DNA of 24,000 bases from Natronoarchaeum philippinense (GTDB lineage Archaea > Halobacteriota > Halobacteria > Halobacteriales > Natronoarchaeaceae): contig NZ_OBEJ01000001.1 of NCBI RefSeq assembly GCF_900215575.1, forward strand, positions 858,588-882,587, written 5' to 3'. The notes under the pieces were generated by a model, which was given only the letters and a program-made list of their open reading frames with translations, was not told the origin of the DNA and made no database searches. Below are positions 15,784 to 23,754 of this stretch, piece after piece; the stretch's first letter is position 1, and every line of letters starts with the position of its first letter. The position numbers and the translations under genes were made by a program.

Positions 15784-17283
15784 TTACTCCGCGGCGTCTT
15801 CGGCATCGCCGTCGTCGGTCGACCGCCCGAGCGCATAGCTCGCACCGCCGACCGCCGCGATGGCAGCCGGGACGCCAAAGCCCGGCGTGCCGCTGTCGGA
15901 TCCGGACGCCCCGCCACCGCCGGACCCGTTCGATCCGGTTTCGCCGCCGGGCTCGGTTTCGTCTTCGCTCGAATCGAATTCGGACGTGTCGCCGTCGTCC
16001 GATGCCGAATCGCTCGCTTCGTCGTCGCCTCCACCCTCGACGTCTTCGGGTTGCACGGGCTCCGGTTCGTCCGACTGACCGCCGTCCCCGCCGGCGTCCA
16101 CGTCGCCGAGGGCGACCGGGCCGCCGGTCCACGACGACGTGTGGCCGAGCGTTCCGAGCCGGACGCGCGAGCCGATGCTCGATCCCCCCTCGAGTTCGAT
16201 CGCTTCGAGGTACATCTCGTCGCCGCCGAGGTAGGCGACGCCGTCGACGACCGTCGGGCCGGTCGGCGTCGCGTTGGCCGTCCCGGTCTCCCAGTGGATC
16301 TCGCCGCTCTGGAGGTCGAGGGCGTAGAGTTTGCCCGCGTCCGTGGTGACGTAGGCGGTGCTGGCGCTCGACGAGCCGCCTGCGATCGTCGGCGGGGAGC
16401 CGATCTGTCCGTCGAGTTGCTTACTCCACTGCTGGTCGCCGCCGAGGTCGAAGCCGTGGAGCGTCCCGTCGAACGACGGCGCACAGACGATGCCGTCCGC
16501 GACGGTTACCATGTCGTACACACCGTCGCTCGTTCCGGCGTTCCACTGTTGCTGTCCGCTTTCGGCGTCGATCCGGTAGAGATTCCCGGCCGTATCGCCG
16601 ACGAACACCGAGCCGCCGGCGACCGTCGGGGCTGCATCGACGTAGCTGGCTGTCCGGTGCTGCCAGCGCTCCTCCCCGGTTTCGGCGTCGATGGCGAAGA
16701 CGCCTCTGTCCTCGCTGTCTTTCACGTTCGGCGAGCTCCCGACGTAGACGGTGCCGCCGACGACTGTCGGCGTGCCCGCGCCCAGCTCCTCAGTTCGGAA
16801 CTCCCACAGATGGTCGCCGGTTTCGGCGTCGAGCGCGACCACGGTGTTCGCGTGGCCGACGTAGACGGTGCCGTCGGCGACTGTCGGCGATGTCTCGACG
16901 GCCCCGCCGAGGGGCCGGTCCCACAACTGCTCGCCGGTCGCGGCGTCGAGCGCACGGACGCCGGACCTGGCGTCGACGTACACTGTACCATCGACGACGG
17001 TGGGAGAGTTGTCGATGGTAGGGACCGCTGTCGACCACTGTTCGTCACCGGTCTCGGCGTCCAGCGCGTACATCGTTTCAGTAGGCATGTCCGGCGGGTT
17101 GTCGCTGCCGGCGTACACCGTGCCGTCGACGATCGTCGGCGGACCGCCGAAGGATCCGTTCATCTCGACGGACCAGACGCTATCGCCGGGGGCAGCGACA
17201 CTGCTCGCCACGCCCGCCGTCCCGAGGCCGACGAGTCCCAGTCCCACGCCACAACACCGCGTCAGGAAGGATCGGCGTTTCAT
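15784..17283 (-). CDS. Secreted PQQ-like 8-bladed beta-propeller repeat protein with a Tat signal and PGF-CTERM anchor signal
   Basis: Twin-arginine signal MKRRSFLTRCCGVGLGLVGLGTAGVASSVAAP. Eight repeats of the PT(V/I)(V/A)(D/G)GTVYVG type. A D/E/S/G-rich linker precedes the C-terminal SGTPGFGVPAAIAAVGGASYALGR, a PGF-CTERM archaeosortase A signal. Confidence 0.88.
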   Translation of the reverse strand: MKRRSFLTRCCGVGLGLVGLGTAGVASSVAAPGDSVWSVEMNGSFGGPPTIVDGTVYAGSDNPPDMPTETMYALDAETGDEQWSTAVPTIDNSPTVVDGTVYVDARSGVRALDAATGEQLWDRPLGGAVETSPTVADGTVYVGHANTVVALDAETGDHLWEFRTEELGAGTPTVVGGTVYVGSSPNVKDSEDRGVFAIDAETGEERWQHRTASYVDAAPTVAGGSVFVGDTAGNLYRIDAESGQQQWNAGTSDGVYDMVTVADGIVCAPSFDGTLHGFDLGGDQQWSKQLDGQIGSPPTIAGGSSSASTAYVTTDAGKLYALDLQSGEIHWETGTANATPTGPTVVDGVAYLGGDEMYLEAIELEGGSSIGSRVRLGTLGHTSSWTGGPVALGDVDAGGDGGQSDEPEPVQPEDVEGGGDDEASDSASDDGDTSEFDSSEDETEPGGETGSNGSGGGGASGSDSGTPGFGVPAAIAAVGGASYALGRSTDDGDAEDAAE

Positions 17284-17544
17284 AGTTCACCAGATAGACA
17301 GAAATTTGATAAGCTTTTGGAGTCCTGCACATTTGACCACTGCCAGCCGGCTGTCGGCCTCTGCTGACGGTTGCCAGCACCACGCGATATCAGCGAGGCA
17401 AAGTGAGAAAGGCTTTACCACAGGAGCCGCAGGAGCCACTTATCAAAGGACGGCGCCGGTTTCGGCCGCAACCGGCACCTCGGAGCTGAGCTATGACGGG
17501 CGAGTACGAGCCGATCAAGCGAAATCCATCCGGGAGGACAGCGC

Positions 17545-18801
17545 GTGAGTGACGAGCACGAGGCCGGCGACCGGGCGCCGCCCGGGCCGCTCGACGGCAA
17601 TCGCGGGTTCGATATCGCAGGTCGGCTGGCCGACCGGGAGCGCCGGGATCTCCGCCGAGAGCTGTCGCCCGCGGATCGCGTCGCCGAGCGCGCGCAGTTC
17701 GCTCCGGCGCCCGGCAGCGGGCTCCCGGTGCTCGACGGCGAGGAGCGACTGATCTTCGCGTCGAACAATTACCTCGGGCTGACGAACGACGACCGCGTTG
17801 CCGAAGCCGCAACGGAAGCCGCGAACGTCGTCGGCACCGGCGCGGGCGCGAGCCGGCTCGTCACCGGCGACACGCTGGTCCACCGAGATTTGGAGGATCG
17901 ACTGGCCGAGAGCAAACAGACGGAGCGCGCGCTCGCCTTTTCCTCGGGCTACGCGGCCAACGTCGGGACGATCGCAGCGCTCGATCCGGACGTGATCTTT
18001 TCGGACGAGCTCAATCACGCGAGCATCGTCGACGCGTGTCGCCTCTCGGGCGCCGAGGTGATCATCTACGATCACTGCGACGCCGAGGATCTGGCCGCGA
18101 AGCTCGGTGACGCGGCACGGGATCCCGAGACGACCGACGGCTCGTGGCTGATCGTCACCGACTCGGTGTTCAGCATGGACGGCGACGTGGCGCCGCTGGT
18201 CGACATTTGCGACGTGGCCGAGCAGGCCGGTGCGTGGGTGATGGTCGACGAGGCCCACGCCACCGGCCTCTACGAGGGCGGCGGCGGCATCGTCCAGCGC
18301 GAGGGCATCGCCGACCGCGTCGACATTCAGCTGGGGACGCTCTCGAAGGCGCTGGCGAGTCAGGGCGGGTTCGTCGCCGGCGACGCCGACCTGATCGAGT
18401 ATCTCGTCAACGCCGCCCGGTCGTTCGTGTTCTCGACCGGCTTGGCGCCGCCGGCCGCCGCGGCGGCATCGGAGGCGCTCCACATCACGCGTACGTCCGA
18501 CCGGCGCGATCGGCTCTGGCGGAACGTCGAGTTCCTGCGGGAGGGACTGACCGACCTCGGCTTCGAGGTCCCCGGTGAAACCCAGATTCTTCCAGTGCTC
18601 GTCGGCGACCGGAGCGGCGCGCTGGCGCTCGCCGACGCGCTGTACGACCGCGGCGTCGTCGCGCCGGCGATCCGCCCGCCGACGGTCCCTGAAGGCCAGA
18701 GCCGGATCCGCGTCGCGCCGATGGCAACCCACGGCGCCCGCGATCTCGAACGCTGTATCGACGCCTTCCGCGAAGCCGGCGAGGAGGTCGGACTGCTGTG
18801 A
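17545..18801 (+). CDS. bioF: 8-amino-7-oxononanoate synthase BioF (PLP-dependent)
   Basis: Conserved FASNNYLGL, SGYAANVG and DSVFSMDGD, with the PLP lysine in LGTLSKALASQGG. GTG start with GGGAGG 7 nt upstream. Confidence 0.9.
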   Translation: MSDEHEAGDRAPPGPLDGNRGFDIAGRLADRERRDLRRELSPADRVAERAQFAPAPGSGLPVLDGEERLIFASNNYLGLTNDDRVAEAATEAANVVGTGAGASRLVTGDTLVHRDLEDRLAESKQTERALAFSSGYAANVGTIAALDPDVIFSDELNHASIVDACRLSGAEVIIYDHCDAEDLAAKLGDAARDPETTDGSWLIVTDSVFSMDGDVAPLVDICDVAEQAGAWVMVDEAHATGLYEGGGGIVQREGIADRVDIQLGTLSKALASQGGFVAGDADLIEYLVNAARSFVFSTGLAPPAAAAASEALHITRTSDRRDRLWRNVEFLREGLTDLGFEVPGETQILPVLVGDRSGALALADALYDRGVVAPAIRPPTVPEGQSRIRVAPMATHGARDLERCIDAFREAGEEVGLL

Positions 18802-18832
18802 CCGCCGCCGTGGCGTCCCGGTGGGGCAAAGT

Positions 18833-19516
18833 GTGACCCGCGGCCTGTTCGTCGCCGGCACCGACACCGGCGTCGGAAAGACGGTCGTGACTGCCGGATT
18901 AACGGGCTGGCTCCGCGACGCCGGCATCGAAGCGCGTGCGGTCAAGCCCGCACAGACGGGGTATCCGCCAGATGACGACGCCGGGATGGTGGCGGAAACC
19001 TGTGACGACGCCGACGCGGCGACCTGTCTCCGTCGGCTCGAACCGGCGCTGGCGCCCCGCGTCGCCGCGGAGCGCGAGGGCGTCGACCTCTCCTACGAGG
19101 CGATCCGCGAGGGTTGTGAGCGGGTTCTCTCGGAGCCGTCGGTCGAGGCTGGCATCGTCGAGGGGATCGGCGGGCTGCGGGTCCCGCTGGCCGGCGACCG
19201 CGAGGTGATCGACCTCGTCGCCGACCTCGATCTGCCGACAGTCGTCGTCGCGCGCTCGGGGCTGGGAACGCTGAACCACACCGCGCTGACGGTCTCGGCG
19301 CTGGAGCGGCGCGGCGTCGAAGTGCCGGCGATTCTGCTCAACGAGTACGAGGGCGCAAGCGTCGCCGAGCGGACGAATCCCGCCGAAATCGAGCGCATGA
19401 CGGGCGTCGGCGTCGAGACGATGCCACAACTCGATCTCTCTGATCCGTCGGCAGCAATCGGTGGGTTGCGGGACGCCGTCGACGAGTGGTCGCCGGTCGA
19501 CGCAGTCGGTGATTGA
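18833..19516 (+). CDS. bioD: Dethiobiotin synthetase BioD
   Basis: The N-terminus VTRGLFVAGTDTGVGKTVVTAGL carries the P-loop, followed by EGIGGLRVPL. This is the C-terminal part of track ORF 18575..19516, whose upstream part overlaps bioF out of frame. The start is GTG 18833 or GTG 18821; there is no in-frame ATG. Confidence 0.85.
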   Translation: MTRGLFVAGTDTGVGKTVVTAGLTGWLRDAGIEARAVKPAQTGYPPDDDAGMVAETCDDADAATCLRRLEPALAPRVAAEREGVDLSYEAIREGCERVLSEPSVEAGIVEGIGGLRVPLAGDREVIDLVADLDLPTVVVARSGLGTLNHTALTVSALERRGVEVPAILLNEYEGASVAERTNPAEIERMTGVGVETMPQLDLSDPSAAIGGLRDAVDEWSPVDAVGD

Positions 19517-19548
19517 AACGCACGCGCAGTCGGCCGCCGCGTCGGCGC

Positions 19549-21360
19549 CTACGAGTCGAGGAAGGAAACCCCAGTCACCTCGAAGCGTGCGCCCCCAGCG
19601 TCGCTCTCGGTTGCTTCGACCGCCCAGCCGTGGGCTTCGATCGCGTTCTGGACGATCGCCAGCCCCAGTCCGGTGCCGTCGTCGTTTGTGGTGTGGCCCG
19701 ACTCGAAGACATCGCTGCGCGCGTCAGCCGGGATTCCTGGACCGTCATCTGCGACGAAAAAGCCATCCTGTCCTGCACCGGCGTCGAGCGTTCCGACGCG
19801 GATCGTCACCGTCGTGTTAGGGGCGTCGTCAGATACGTCCGCATCGCCCGCTGGGGAATCCGTATCGCCCGTCTGCGCCACCGAGGCGTCAGCAGCGGAC
19901 GCCGGTTGTGCTCTGGCGTCCCCGTGAGGCGTCGCCGAGGCAGGATTGGTCGACCCGTGCTCGACAGCATTCCGGAACAGGTTCTCGAAGGCCTGCGTGA
20001 GCCGATTGCGGTCGCCGCTGACGGTGCCGAGTGTCCCGATCTGGAGGTCGGCACCTCTGGTGTCGACGTTCCCTGCGGCGTCCTCGGCGACCGTCGTGAG
20101 GTCGAGTCGCTCGGGGTCGGAGATGGTCTGCCCGTGGGCGACCAGCGTCCGAACGTCCTCGATCAGCTCGTCCATCCGTTCGTGCGCCGACCGAACCTGT
20201 TCCGCGTGGTCGGGGTCGCCGGTCTCTTCGAGCAGGTCGAGGTACCCGTCTGCGACGTTGAGGGGGTTTCTGAGGTCGTGCGAGAGCACCGACGCGAACC
20301 GGTCGAGTTGCTCGTTCTGACGCTGGAGTTCCTGCTCGCGACGCTTTTGTTCGGTAACGTCGTGGACGAGTACGATCCGACCGGCACGCCGTCCTCGGTC
20401 GTCGGCAAACGGTTCGATCGTGATGTCGAAGTGCTGGCCATTGCGGGAGCGTTCGAGGTGGCGGGCGCCGTCGATGTCGTCCGTCCTCGCCGCGAGCTCG
20501 TCCGAGAGCCGTGGCCAGTCCGCGAACGCGTCGGTGGCTGGCGTTCCAACGAGATCGTCGACGCCGTCGTCGAGCAAGCACTCCATCTCATCGTTGGCGT
20601 CGGTGATCCGTCCCTCGGGATCGATCACCACGACGCCGCTGGGGATGCGATCGACGACGGTGTCTCTGGCAACCGGCGAGAGGTCCATGAACTCGTAGCT
20701 CGCCATCGCCCAGTAGACCGCGCCGGCTGCGACGCCGAACCCGAGCGGCGTCCAGTCGAGCCCGGTCGTGCCCGAAAGCCACAGCGCATTGCCCGCCCAC
20801 GGGACCAGCACGCTAACCAGCATCGCGGTCGACTGGCCGCGGTACAGCGACTCCGAGCGGTAGAGCTGTTCGAGCATCATCACGGTGCCGGCGATCAACA
20901 GGAGGTACGAATACAGCGCGTGGCCCCAGAACCCGATGCCGTAGACGACCTCGAACCCGTAGACCGACCCGGCGTCTCTGATGGTCGAGTGCCAGATCAA
21001 GTGGTGGTTCTCATTCGTCCACACAAGCACGTTCACGAGAAGCGGCTCGATACAGAGCGCTGCCAGAACAGGCCGGGAAACGTATCGCTCGCGTCCGGTG
21101 TACTCGGCCGCCAGAACGAACCACGACAGCACGGTCAGCGTGATACCGACGTAGGCAGCCTTGGCCGCGATGACCGACAGCTCGTACCCTGCGAGCACCT
21201 GCACGAGCGTTGTCAGCGACCAGATCGCCGGGCCGAAAGCGAGCCCGGCCAGCGCAGTCGCTCCCGGCGTCGGGCGGCGCCGGGCGGCGAGCACCGCGAT
21301 CGTGAGCATCAACGCCGCCGCAGGCGCGACGACCCACGCGTAGATCGCTGTCAGAACCAT
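19549..21360 (-). CDS. Membrane sensor histidine kinase (N-terminal 7TM-type domain, PAS, HisKA, HATPase_c)
   Basis: About 7 hydrophobic helices occupy the first 220 aa or so. A PAS-like region contains PSGVVVIDPEGRITDANDE. The H-box is FASVLSHDLRNPLN, the N-box FRNAVEHG, G1 DDGPGI and G2 GTGLGLAIV. An acidic insertion of about 45 aa lies between the N and G1 boxes. Confidence 0.9.
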   Translation of the reverse strand: MVLTAIYAWVVAPAAALMLTIAVLAARRRPTPGATALAGLAFGPAIWSLTTLVQVLAGYELSVIAAKAAYVGITLTVLSWFVLAAEYTGRERYVSRPVLAALCIEPLLVNVLVWTNENHHLIWHSTIRDAGSVYGFEVVYGIGFWGHALYSYLLLIAGTVMMLEQLYRSESLYRGQSTAMLVSVLVPWAGNALWLSGTTGLDWTPLGFGVAAGAVYWAMASYEFMDLSPVARDTVVDRIPSGVVVIDPEGRITDANDEMECLLDDGVDDLVGTPATDAFADWPRLSDELAARTDDIDGARHLERSRNGQHFDITIEPFADDRGRRAGRIVLVHDVTEQKRREQELQRQNEQLDRFASVLSHDLRNPLNVADGYLDLLEETGDPDHAEQVRSAHERMDELIEDVRTLVAHGQTISDPERLDLTTVAEDAAGNVDTRGADLQIGTLGTVSGDRNRLTQAFENLFRNAVEHGSTNPASATPHGDARAQPASAADASVAQTGDTDSPAGDADVSDDAPNTTVTIRVGTLDAGAGQDGFFVADDGPGIPADARSDVFESGHTTNDDGTGLGLAIVQNAIEAHGWAVEATESDAGGARFEVTGVSFLDS

Positions 21361-21403
21361 AGATATCGGAGCGCGATCAACGATCGCTGGCTACGGCTGG
21401 TTG

Positions 21404-21421
21404 TTACTATATGATAATAAA
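21404..21421 (-). promoter_or_regulatory. TATA-like AT-rich box upstream of the histidine kinase gene; may also act as the gcvH terminator region
   Basis: The minus strand reads ATTTATTATCATATAGTA, about 45-60 nt upstream of the ATG at 21360 and about 40 nt downstream of the gcvH stop. It is the only AT-rich patch in the 98-nt gap. Confidence 0.35.
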
Positions 21422-21458
21422 TCGGGTGGCCGACGATACCGATGCCGTCGAGTCGATC

Positions 21459-21842
21459 TCAGGCGATCTGGTCGTCGTACTCCTCGGCCGACAGCAACGC
21501 GTCGAGGTCGCCCTCGTCGTCGAGTTCGATCTCCAGCATCCAGCCATCGCCGTAGGGATCGTCGTTGACGAGTTCGGGCGCGTCGAACAGGTCCTCGTTG
21601 ACGGCCGTGACCTCGCCGCTGACGGGAGCGTACAGGTCCGAGACGGCCTTGATGCTCTCGACGACGCCGAACTGATCCTCTTGTGCGACCGCGTCGCCGA
21701 CTTCGGGCAGTTCGACGAACACCACGTCGCCGAGTTCGTCCTGCGCGAAGTCGCTGATGCCCACGTGGACGGTATCGCCGTCGCGGCGCGCCCATTCGTG
21801 CGATTCCAGATAGTGACAGTCGTCGGGAGTCTCGAAGCTCAT
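21459..21842 (-). CDS. gcvH: Glycine cleavage system protein H
   Basis: The lipoyl-lysine motif [19 protein letters not shown] is present, along with SHEWAR. 127 aa. The ATG overlaps the gcvT stop (ATGA). Confidence 0.93.
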   Translation of the reverse strand: MSFETPDDCHYLESHEWARRDGDTVHVGISDFAQDELGDVVFVELPEVGDAVAQEDQFGVVESIKAVSDLYAPVSGEVTAVNEDLFDAPELVNDDPYGDGWMLEIELDDEGDLDALLSAEEYDDQIA

Positions 21843-22927
21843 CTATCGAGGAAGTTCGGGGACTCGACCCTTGCCTTTTTCGCCTGGTCGCGTACCTCGA
21901 CGCGGACGGTCGTCCCGTGGTCGGCGTGCTCGGCGTCGACGTAGCCGAGGCCGATCGGTTCGTCGAGCGTCGGGCTCATCGTCCCGCTCGTGACCGTGCC
22001 GATCCGGTCGCCCTGCGGGGTCGTCACCGCGTAGCCGTTCCGGGGGACGCCGCGGTCGATCAGCCGAACGCCGACGAACTTCTGGTCGACGCCTTCCTCG
22101 TGGGCGCGCTCTAGGGCGTCCCGGCCGACGAACTCGGTGTCGAGCTTGACGGCGAAGCCGACGCCGGCCTCGTAGGGGTTCCGTGGGTTCTCTGCGGGGT
22201 CGAAATCCTGCCCCGAGAGGAGGAAGCCGGCCTCGGTTCGTAAGGTGTCGCGCGCGCCGAGGCCGCAGGGCTGGCACTCGAAAGCGTTCCAGACCGCTTT
22301 GGCCTCGTCCCATGGGGCCAACACCTCGAACCCGGCTTCGCCGGTGTAGCCCGTCCGCGAGAGGAGACAGTCGACGCCCGCGACCGATCGGTGATCGGCT
22401 TCGAACCGAGCGATGTCGTCGACCCGCTCGTCGGCGGCGCCGGCGGCGAGATCTGGCGCTTCGGGGCCCTGCACGGCGAACATGGCGTACTCGCCGGTCC
22501 GATTCTCGACGGTGGCGTCGAGTCCCCATTCGTCGCGGTGGTCGGTCCACCGGTCGAGCATCTGCTCGTCGTGGCCGGCGTTGGGGACGAACAGGTACTC
22601 CGGCGTCTCGCTCGGTAGTCGATAGACCACGGTGTCGTCAAGGATGACACCCTCGTCGTCGGTGATCATCGAGTACTGGGAGTCACCCGGCGAGAGTGCG
22701 GTCACGTCGTTGGTTGTAAGCCGCTGCAGCAGCGCTTCGGCGTCCGGCCCGCGTACCTCGATCTCGCTCATGTGCGAAACGTCGAAGATCCCCGCCGACT
22801 CGCGGACCGCCCGGTGCTCGGTCCGGATCGAATCGAACTCGACTGGCATCTCCCAGCCGCCGAACTCGGTGGTCTTGGCTCCCGCGTCCTCGTGGACCGC
22901 CGCGAGCGGCGGCTGTCGTAGCGACAT
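21839..22927 (-). CDS. gcvT: Glycine cleavage system aminomethyltransferase (T protein)
   Basis: Conserved [38 protein letters not shown] and [13 protein letters not shown]. 362 aa. Translationally coupled to gcvH. Confidence 0.92.
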   Translation of the reverse strand: MSLRQPPLAAVHEDAGAKTTEFGGWEMPVEFDSIRTEHRAVRESAGIFDVSHMSEIEVRGPDAEALLQRLTTNDVTALSPGDSQYSMITDDEGVILDDTVVYRLPSETPEYLFVPNAGHDEQMLDRWTDHRDEWGLDATVENRTGEYAMFAVQGPEAPDLAAGAADERVDDIARFEADHRSVAGVDCLLSRTGYTGEAGFEVLAPWDEAKAVWNAFECQPCGLGARDTLRTEAGFLLSGQDFDPAENPRNPYEAGVGFAVKLDTEFVGRDALERAHEEGVDQKFVGVRLIDRGVPRNGYAVTTPQGDRIGTVTSGTMSPTLDEPIGLGYVDAEHADHGTTVRVEVRDQAKKARVESPNFLDR

Positions 22928-23060
22928 ACTGGACTGGTAGCTTGCTGCGAAGTAATGCTTTGCGTCGCACGGTCGTGAGTACGCACGGCCGGCACCCGCT
23001 GGTGCCGGGACGGCTCGACCGTTCCGTCACACCTATCCAGCGACGGCGGCAACGGAGCGC

Positions 23061-23690
23061 ATGATGGAGGATCAGCGAACCGCCCGGGACCGGGCCGGCG
23101 GTGATGCCGAGCCGGCAGCCGACGAGTCGGTTGACGCCGAGCTGACGGCCGGTGACGGTGCGGCGGACGACGCCGATGCCACCGAGACGACGGCAGACGA
23201 CGACAGCGACGCCGGTGCCGAAGCCGACCACGACGCCGTGACGGAGACGATCGACACGATCGACGGCGATGCCGACGGCACCCGCGTCGGCCTGTTCGTC
23301 GACGGCCCCAACGTCCTGCGCGACCAGTTCGACGTGGACCTCGACGACGTGCGCGAGGCAGCCGCCGCGTTCGGCCGCCTCGGCATCGCGCGGCTCTATC
23401 TCGACGAGCATGCCACGCCGGGGCTGATTCAGGCCGCCGAGGCCCGCGGCTACGAGGTCGTGATCACGAGCGGCGACGTGGACGTCAAGCTCGCCATCGA
23501 CGCCAGCGAGAGCGCGATCCGCGACGAGATCGACGTGCTGGTGATCGCCTCGCGGGACACGGATTTCAAACCGGTCATCGAGACGGCGGGACGCAACGGC
23601 GTCCGGACGGTCGCCATCGCGCCGGGCACTCACGGCCGCTCGGACGCGCTGCGCAACGCCGCCAACGACGACGTGTTGCTCGGGGAGTGA
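23061..23690 (+). CDS. NYN-domain (LabA/DUF88-like) protein with an acidic N-terminal extension of about 75 aa
   Basis: The core reads RVGLFVDGPNVLR...GDVDVKLAIDA...DVLVIASRDTDFKPVIE..GVRTVAIA, matching the NYN/LabA acidic catalytic-residue pattern. The N-terminus is a D/A/E/T-rich disordered region. An internal start cannot be excluded. Confidence 0.7.
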   Translation: MMEDQRTARDRAGGDAEPAADESVDAELTAGDGAADDADATETTADDDSDAGAEADHDAVTETIDTIDGDADGTRVGLFVDGPNVLRDQFDVDLDDVREAAAAFGRLGIARLYLDEHATPGLIQAAEARGYEVVITSGDVDVKLAIDASESAIRDEIDVLVIASRDTDFKPVIETAGRNGVRTVAIAPGTHGRSDALRNAANDDVLLGE

Positions 23691-23754
23691 GATCCGAAGG
23701 CGAGCGTCCGCTGAAGCGAAGTATTTTCCCGCCCGGGCAGTCCATCTCACGCCC

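Noticed and set aside
17403-17489. 28-codon GTG-initiated ORF (MRKALPQEPQEPLIKGRRRFRPQPAPRS) upstream of bioF
   Set aside because: It has many A/T-ending codons atypical for this genome and no SD or promoter spacing support. It is too short to evaluate and is treated as non-coding leader or promoter DNA.
18575-18832. Upstream 86 codons of track ORF 18575..19516
   Set aside because: This part overlaps the 3' end of bioF in another frame and translates to R/A/S-rich sequence. The BioD P-loop N-terminus begins at GTG 18833 (or 18821), just after the bioF stop.
17515-18945. 476-aa minus-strand ORF opposite bioF/bioD
   Set aside because: It is the antisense shadow of bioF, whose PLP-lysine and other motifs are clear. 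Its composition is Arg/Ala/Gly/Pro-rich and it shows no motifs.
19513-21414. 633-aa plus-strand ORF opposite the histidine kinase
   Set aside because: The minus-strand frame contains complete H, N, G1 and G2 boxes and TM helices. The plus-strand product is R/V/G/D-rich low-information sequence.
22928-23060. Possible glycine riboswitch upstream of gcvT
   Set aside because: Glycine riboswitches are bacterial leader elements of about 100-200 nt. Here the TATA-like element lies only about 30 nt from the gcvT ATG, implying a leaderless transcript. The region is only 133 bp and is shared with a divergent gene. I could not see the conserved tandem aptamer core. The palindrome is reported instead as a possible protein-binding site.
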